Assembly: GCA_001767525.1 (NCBI GenBank)
Contig: MELF01000046.1
Coordinates: 22,811-86,810 of the forward strand
DNA from: Acidobacteria bacterium RIFCSPLOWO2_12_FULL_68_19
GTDB lineage: Bacteria; Acidobacteriota; Vicinamibacteria; Vicinamibacterales; UBA2999
Direction of reading: 5' to 3'
DNA length: 64,000 nucleotides
The notes below the pieces were generated by a model, which saw nothing but the letters and a program-made list of their open reading frames with translations, did no database searches and had not been told where the DNA came from. Shown here piece by piece: positions 59,008 through 64,000 of the stretch (the stretch's first letter is position 1; each line of letters begins with the position of its first letter). The position numbers and the translations under genes were made by a program.

Positions 59008-59981
59008 CGACTGCCGCACGCCGCCCTCAGCTTGCCGAAGGCCGCCATCTCCTGACGGCGGCGTACACGGCCGGCGGCGCGGCGCTCTTCGTGTACGTCG
59101 TGCGGCGCGCCGGCGTGGCGGAGATCGCCGCCGGCATCGAGCGCGTCGGCTGGGGCCTGGCGGCGATTCTCGGGCTCGCCGGCCTCCGCTTCCTCGTCCG
59201 CGCGGCCTGCTGGCGGCTCTGCATGCCGCCGGCGGCGCCGCTCACCCCGGGGCGTGCCTTCAGCGCTTTCCTCGCCGGCGATGCTGTCGGCAGCATCACC
59301 CCGTTCGGGCTGCTGGCGAGCGAACCCGCCAAGGTGTTCCTCACCCGGCACGATCTCGCCACCCGCGACTCGGTCGCGTCGCTGGCGACCGAGAACCTGG
59401 TCTACGGCGCCTCGATTCTCGTGATGCTCGCGGCAGCGGTCGGCGTCGTGCTCGCCACGGTGCCGCTCGCGCCGGCGTGGCGCCAGGGGATCGCCGTCGC
59501 CCTCCTTGCGGCGTTGGTCACCGCGTTCGCGCTGTCGCGCCTGCTGCGCGGCACCTGGGACGAGCGGCGCGGCCCCCGTCCCAGGTGGCGCGCGCGCCTG
59601 GCGGAGATCCGCCTGGCGGTCCTCGGGTTCTCGACCCTCCACTCGAACCGGCTCTGGCGGGCGTTCGCGCTGGAGATGGTGTTCCACGTGCTGAGCACGC
59701 TGGAGGTGTTCTTCACGCTGCAGTGGCTCGTCCCTGACCGCCCGCCGACGCTGGCGCAGGCGGTCGCCTTCGAGGGCCTCAACCGCCTGGTGATCGTGGC
59801 GTTCAAGTTCGTGCCGTTCCGCATCGGCATAGACGAGGCGCTGTCGGGTGCGGTGGCGCCGGTCCTCGCCGTAGCGCCGGCCGCCGGCGTGGCGCTGGCG
59901 GTGGTGCGGAAGGTGCGCAACCTGTTCTGGAGCGGGATCGGCCTGGCGATCATCGCCGCGCACCCGGCTAGAAGCCGCTGA
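59004..59981 (+). CDS. Lysylphosphatidylglycerol synthase TM-domain (flippase-like) membrane protein
   Basis: Polytopic; RAACW, ITP..SEPAK, FVPFRIGIDE, RKVR. Confidence 0.7.
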   Translation: MTTAARRPQLAEGRHLLTAAYTAGGAALFVYVVRRAGVAEIAAGIERVGWGLAAILGLAGLRFLVRAACWRLCMPPAAPLTPGRAFSAFLAGDAVGSITPFGLLASEPAKVFLTRHDLATRDSVASLATENLVYGASILVMLAAAVGVVLATVPLAPAWRQGIAVALLAALVTAFALSRLLRGTWDERRGPRPRWRARLAEIRLAVLGFSTLHSNRLWRAFALEMVFHVLSTLEVFFTLQWLVPDRPPTLAQAVAFEGLNRLVIVAFKFVPFRIGIDEALSGAVAPVLAVAPAAGVALAVVRKVRNLFWSGIGLAIIAAHPARSR

Positions 59982-59986
59982 CGCGG

Positions 59987-60150
59987 GACGGGGCAGGAGC
60001 CCTCTTCGCTGGTCAGTGCGAGACCCCTCGAGGGTGTCGGTGCACGCCATCCGTGCGCCGCCGGTGAGGTCCTGGTGTCAGCGGCGCTTGCTGCTGCCCG
60101 CCGACGAGAGCTTGCACCGACAATCGAAAGGGGGGCTCCCTCCGCCCGTC
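59987..60150. repeat. Long imperfect hairpin between convergent genes
   Basis: gacggggcaggagccctcttcg / cgaaaggggggctccctccgcccgtc; tgtcggtgca / tgcaccgaca. Confidence 0.6.
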
Positions 60151-62245
60151 AGCGCCGGAAGCGTTTGCGCGCTTCGTTCCTGAGCGCGGCGGCGCGGGCC
60201 GGTTCGCGGACGATCGTCCAGAGCCGCGCGGCCGTTTCGTAGCCCTCGGGTGTCTCGGTGGCGCCGACGAGCGTGTCGAGCACCTCCTCCACGGCGCTCG
60301 CGCGATTCGAGGCGCTGTAGAGGAGCGCCAGGCTGGAGTAGGCGCGCAGGCTGCGGGGGAAGACGCGCAGCTCGGCGCGAAACTGCTCCTCCGCCTCGGT
60401 GAAGCGCTCGAGGCGGGCCAGCGTCTCGCCGAGGCTCAGGTGCAGCTCTTCCAGGGTGCCCCCGCTCTCGTCCAACTGCTCGGCGGCTGCCTGGAACGCG
60501 GCGCGCGCCTCCTCGTACTGCCCTTCCCCAGCCAGGAGCCGCCCGCGCACGAACTGCTGCATCGGCACGCGCGGATCGTCCCGCTCGGCGGCTTCGGCGT
60601 GCGCCTCCGCGGCGGGGCCGTCCTCGAGCGCAAGCGCGACCCGCGCCGCGACCTCGTGTGCCGCCGCGCGCGAGCGGCCGTCGTGGCGCTCGGCCAAGGC
60701 CACGGCGAGCGCCGCCGCTTCGCGAGCCGTCTCCGGGCGTCCCGTCCGCAGCCGCAGCCGCGAGAGCGCGATCGGCACGTAGGGTGTATCCGGATCCACG
60801 GCGGCGGCGGCGCGGAGCGCCCGCTCGGCCTCGTCCCGGCGTCCAGTCCGTTCGAGGATCGTTCCGAGCTGATACTGGACCACCGCCAGGCGGGGGTGTG
60901 CCTTCACGATCGCCCGGAGCTGGCTGGCGGCGGCGGCGTACTGCTTCTGCGCGGCGAGCATCGCCGCCGCGCGGTGCGCGGCGGCCACACGAGCCTCTTC
61001 CTCCGCGTCGAGCGGCGTCGGCTCGGCGCCGGCCAGCATCGATCCGCCAAGGTAGCCGAGCATCGCGAAACGATCCTCGTCGGCCGCGGGGATGTCCTCG
61101 GGAACGGGACGCATGTCGTGTTCGAGGAGCCGATCCAGCTCCTCTCGCAGTCCGAGGGGGTGCGCCGCCGCTGGTGCGGGTGCGCCCGTGGTGGCCGCCG
61201 CCGGCGCGGGTGCCGGCTCGCCGGCCCGGACGTAGCGCTCCTCCGCGGTGCCGAGCGCGAACCTGGCGGCGCCGCCAAACCGGAAGCGCGGTGCGAGCGA
61301 TTCGGCATAGATGAGTGGATCAGCAAACTCTTCATCGTCGCCCTCGAGCACCGTCCGCAGCGATCGGCCGTGGAGCCCGGACGGGATCGGCGCCCGCACG
61401 AGATCCAGGATCGTGGGGAGCAGATCGATGTGCTGCACGGGCGTCGCGACCCGCCGGCCCGCGCCCTCACCGTCGGGCTGCTTGACGACGAGCGGCACGT
61501 GAAGCGTGTCTTCGTCGAGCGAGAGGCCGCCGCCGCCCGCGTGGTCCGCCGTGATCACGATCGTCGACTGATCATAGAGGTTGCGCGCCCTGAGCTCGCC
61601 GACCAGTCGCGCCACCGTCGGCTCTGCCGCGGCCTCGGCCACCTGGACGAACAGGAAGAACCGATGCCCCCGGCGAGCGTGCAGCCAGCGTTCGGCGGCT
61701 TCCGTGGTGCGCGCGCCGTCGCGCTCGACGACAGGCCGTTCCTCGGAGTCCTCCTCCGGGAGCTCGGCGTCGAAGAAGGAGAAGCCCTGCGCCACTCCCG
61801 ACGCGGGACGGAGGAGAAACGACGAAACCGCCGCGCCGGTGTCGAAGCCGCGGTTCCGCAGCAGCTCCGCCATCGACTGCGCGTCCTCGTCGAGGACGAA
61901 GCCCGCCTCGTCACGGACGCCGTGCTCGAAAGGCGGCTGACCGGCCAGCATCGAGGCGTGCGCGGGGAGAGTCATGGGCGAATGCGAATAGGCGCGCTCG
62001 AAGACGATGGCTTCCGCCGAGAGCGCGTCGAGGGTGGGAACGCGGCTCGCCGTGGCTCCGTACGCCTGCAAATCGGCTGGGCGAAGCCCGTCGATGGAGA
62101 TGAGGACCACCGGGCCCTGATGCGGAGTCGATTCGCGGGCGTACCACCAGCCGGCGCCCGCGGCTGCCACGACGGCTGCGCCGAATACCGTGAGAATGAC
62201 CGTGGCCTGCCATCGGCGGGCGGCCGCAGTCGGATGCCGTCGCAT
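60149..62245 (-). CDS. Sulfatase-like (alkaline phosphatase superfamily) domain plus TPR repeats
   Basis: VLISIDGLR, SPMTLPAHAS, ITADH, VPLVVK, IDLLPTIL; C-terminal TPRs. Confidence 0.82.
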   Translation of the reverse strand: MRRHPTAAARRWQATVILTVFGAAVVAAAGAGWWYARESTPHQGPVVLISIDGLRPADLQAYGATASRVPTLDALSAEAIVFERAYSHSPMTLPAHASMLAGQPPFEHGVRDEAGFVLDEDAQSMAELLRNRGFDTGAAVSSFLLRPASGVAQGFSFFDAELPEEDSEERPVVERDGARTTEAAERWLHARRGHRFFLFVQVAEAAAEPTVARLVGELRARNLYDQSTIVITADHAGGGGLSLDEDTLHVPLVVKQPDGEGAGRRVATPVQHIDLLPTILDLVRAPIPSGLHGRSLRTVLEGDDEEFADPLIYAESLAPRFRFGGAARFALGTAEERYVRAGEPAPAPAAATTGAPAPAAAHPLGLREELDRLLEHDMRPVPEDIPAADEDRFAMLGYLGGSMLAGAEPTPLDAEEEARVAAAHRAAAMLAAQKQYAAAASQLRAIVKAHPRLAVVQYQLGTILERTGRRDEAERALRAAAAVDPDTPYVPIALSRLRLRTGRPETAREAAALAVALAERHDGRSRAAAHEVAARVALALEDGPAAEAHAEAAERDDPRVPMQQFVRGRLLAGEGQYEEARAAFQAAAEQLDESGGTLEELHLSLGETLARLERFTEAEEQFRAELRVFPRSLRAYSSLALLYSASNRASAVEEVLDTLVGATETPEGYETAARLWTIVREPARAAALRNEARKRFRR

Positions 62246-62342
62246 GCGTCGGTTTCTTATTCTAGTGCACCGGTTCGAGGTGCGTCCCGGAGTTTGTCGT
62301 CATACCGAGGTGGCTGGCGCTGTTCTCCAATAGTCACTGGTC

Positions 62343-62370
62343 CGGCGCCGACGACTCCAGCGCGTTCTGC
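62343..62370 (-). mobile_element. Half attC remnant
   Basis: Minus strand GCAGAAC GCGCTGGAGTCGTCGGCGCCG, matching the left halves of the 44412 and 63601 sites. Confidence 0.5.
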
Positions 62371-62408
62371 GGCCAGCCCGGACCCCACACCCATCCTGGT
62401 TCCGTCAC

Positions 62409-63520
62409 TCAGGCTCCAGTCCTGGACCCGTCACTCTCCGTCATGCGCTCACCGACATCGATCACGACGAGCGTGACATCGTCCTGCAGCGGTGTGTCTG
62501 AGCCGACCCAGCGACGCACTTCGGCGACGATCTCTTCGACGCACTGCTCGGGAGTGATGGCTGCACTCGCCGCCACACACTGTTCGAGGCGTGCGTCGCC
62601 GAAGAACTCGTCGCTGCCATTGCAGGCTTCAACGAGCCCATCGGAGAAGCAGACGAGACGATCGCCAGGGTGCAAGGCCGCTTCAGCGGTCGCGTACTGG
62701 GCATGGGCATCGAACGCGAGCAGGAGGCCGCGCTGCTGCAGCTGCTCCACCCGCCCATCCCTCCGGCGCAGGAGCGGCGCAGGATGTCCAGCGCTCGAGT
62801 AGGTCAGCTTGCCTGTGAGCGTGTCTATGAAACCGCAGCACGCCGTTACATACGCGCCCTGGAAGCGGCCGCAGAGCGTACGGTTGATGTTCATGAGCGC
62901 CAGGCCGGAATCGTCGAGCCGCTCGGCTTCGGCAGCGAATGCGATCTTCACCATTGACGCCACCAGCGCAGCCGGAACGCCGTGACCGGAAACATCCGCC
63001 ACGATGACTCCGAGCCGGTTCGCCTGTTCGGTGTTGAAGTCGTAGAAGTCGCCACCGATCGCGCTCATGGGAATGTAGCGTGCGGCGACGCTGAGGCCAG
63101 CCACATGCGGCAGTTCGCGAGGCAGGATGGACTGCTGGATCTTGCGGGCGAGCTCGAGTTCGCGGGATACAGCCACCAGCTGGCGCTCCGAGGCGAGCAT
63201 GCGCTGGGCCACGAGGTATCCCACCGACAGCATGAACGCCAACATCGCGAAGGACTCCAGTTCGAGGGTGCCGCCGAGGGTCTCGTACGTGGCGACACCG
63301 ACGAACGCGAGTCCGCCCACCGCGGCGACGCGGTACTCTCGCGGCCACCTGTCCCGCCACCAGTGGCCGAGCACGTGAGCCGTCGCGATACCGCCGATTG
63401 TCAGCACCACCGGTGCGTTCAGCCAGAGCGTCGCGCCCGGCTGGCGACGGGCGAGGTCGTGCGCCATCGCAAGCAGTGCGTAGGCTGCGGCCGCCTGCCA
63501 CGTCCGGTATTCGCTATTGG
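62409..63520 (-). pseudogene. Membrane PP2C/SpoIIE (RsbU-like) phosphatase, apparently 5'-truncated
   Basis: ARKIQQSILP, GGDFYD, ADVSGHG, AGHP, SDGLVE, DDVT; upstream frame runs into attC/higA with no credible start. Confidence 0.68.
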
Positions 63521-63600
63521 CGAGACAGCGCGCCCGGCAACTCGAGCGCCATGAAGACACTGTTCGGATCCTCGACATAGCTGCCAAATGGTGGGTATCA

Positions 63601-63642
63601 CGGCGCCGACGGCTCCAGCGCGGGGTTATGGCGGGGTTATGC
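63601..63642 (-). mobile_element. Truncated attC site overlapping the higA stop codon
   Basis: GCATAAC (contains the TAA), 11-bp tandem duplication CATAACCCCGC, GCTGGAGC CGTCGGCGCCG; right half missing. Confidence 0.68.
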
Positions 63643-63942
63643 TGCTCCGCGTTTTCCATGAAGCGCCGCCGCGACCGCATCCGGATTCTTCTCAGCGACC
63701 CGCAACAACGCCAGCGCCGGGCCGTCAGGTGTACGACGACCTTGTTCCCAATTGCGAAGAGTCGAGACACTCACACCGATCATGAGGGCGAACTCAGATT
63801 GGGAGGCCCCAAGCTTCGCCCGCACCGTCTTGACGTCCCCAGGTCGGAACTCCCGGGCGCGCGACGGCTTCAACTGGCCGCGGCGAATGCGACCGGCTTG
63901 CCGAATGCTCGTGACCAACTCCTGCAATGCCGCGTCTTTCAT
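63637..63942 (-). CDS. HigA/NadS-like HTH antitoxin
   Basis: VRAKLGASQSEFALMIGVSVSTLRNWEQGRRTPDGPA.ALL. Confidence 0.9.
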   Translation of the reverse strand: MKDAALQELVTSIRQAGRIRRGQLKPSRAREFRPGDVKTVRAKLGASQSEFALMIGVSVSTLRNWEQGRRTPDGPALALLRVAEKNPDAVAAALHGKRGAA

Positions 63943-64000
63943 CTGAATTCTTCCCGAACGAGCTGGCCGAGCGACCGAGCCTGTGCCCGTATCAGGTCCC
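63939..64000 (-). CDS. 3' end of probable HigB/RelE toxin (partial)
   Basis: ..DLIRAQARSLGQLVREEFR-stop, ATGA overlap with the antitoxin. Confidence 0.6.
   Translation of the reverse strand, partial: DLIRAQARSLGQLVREEFR

Noticed and set aside
63521-63770. Long N-terminus of the 453-aa PP2C ORF
   Set aside because: Overlaps higA and an attC remnant in another frame and is not protein-like.

Overview
This is a very GC-rich bacterial chromosome segment. Gene content and repeat style suggest Acidobacteriota, probably Vicinamibacteria (inference). Most of it is housekeeping: glmM, pdxJ, murI, nth, queEC, dacB, a Gld-like ABC system, a P1B ATPase, larE, pal, divergent pyrKDF / pyrRBC with a PyrR leader, two PyrE-like genes, truA-uppS-cdsA-dxr-rseP, ccsA-hemACDBL and an isolated Fo ATP-synthase module. 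Five things stand out. (1) A minimal bacterial microcompartment locus (3.5-6.8 kb): class II aldolase, one BMC-H, three BMC-P, a small encapsulation-peptide/Cys4 protein and a 2-hydroxyacid dehydrogenase, with no aldehyde dehydrogenase. (2) Several families of short palindromic repeats that often run from a stop codon to the next RBS/start codon and are also inserted in frame inside genes (nested 45+45 nt in larE; also truA and others). (3) Two decayed integron cassette clusters (attC sites, toxin-antitoxin cassettes, no integrase in the window) at 44.1-45.4 kb and 62.3-64.0 kb. (4) A LysW-like acidic zinc-ribbon protein coupled to larE. (5) Recurrent leaderless-type promoters. No tRNA, rRNA or CRISPR array was seen. 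All calls come from reading the sequence; no database searches were run.
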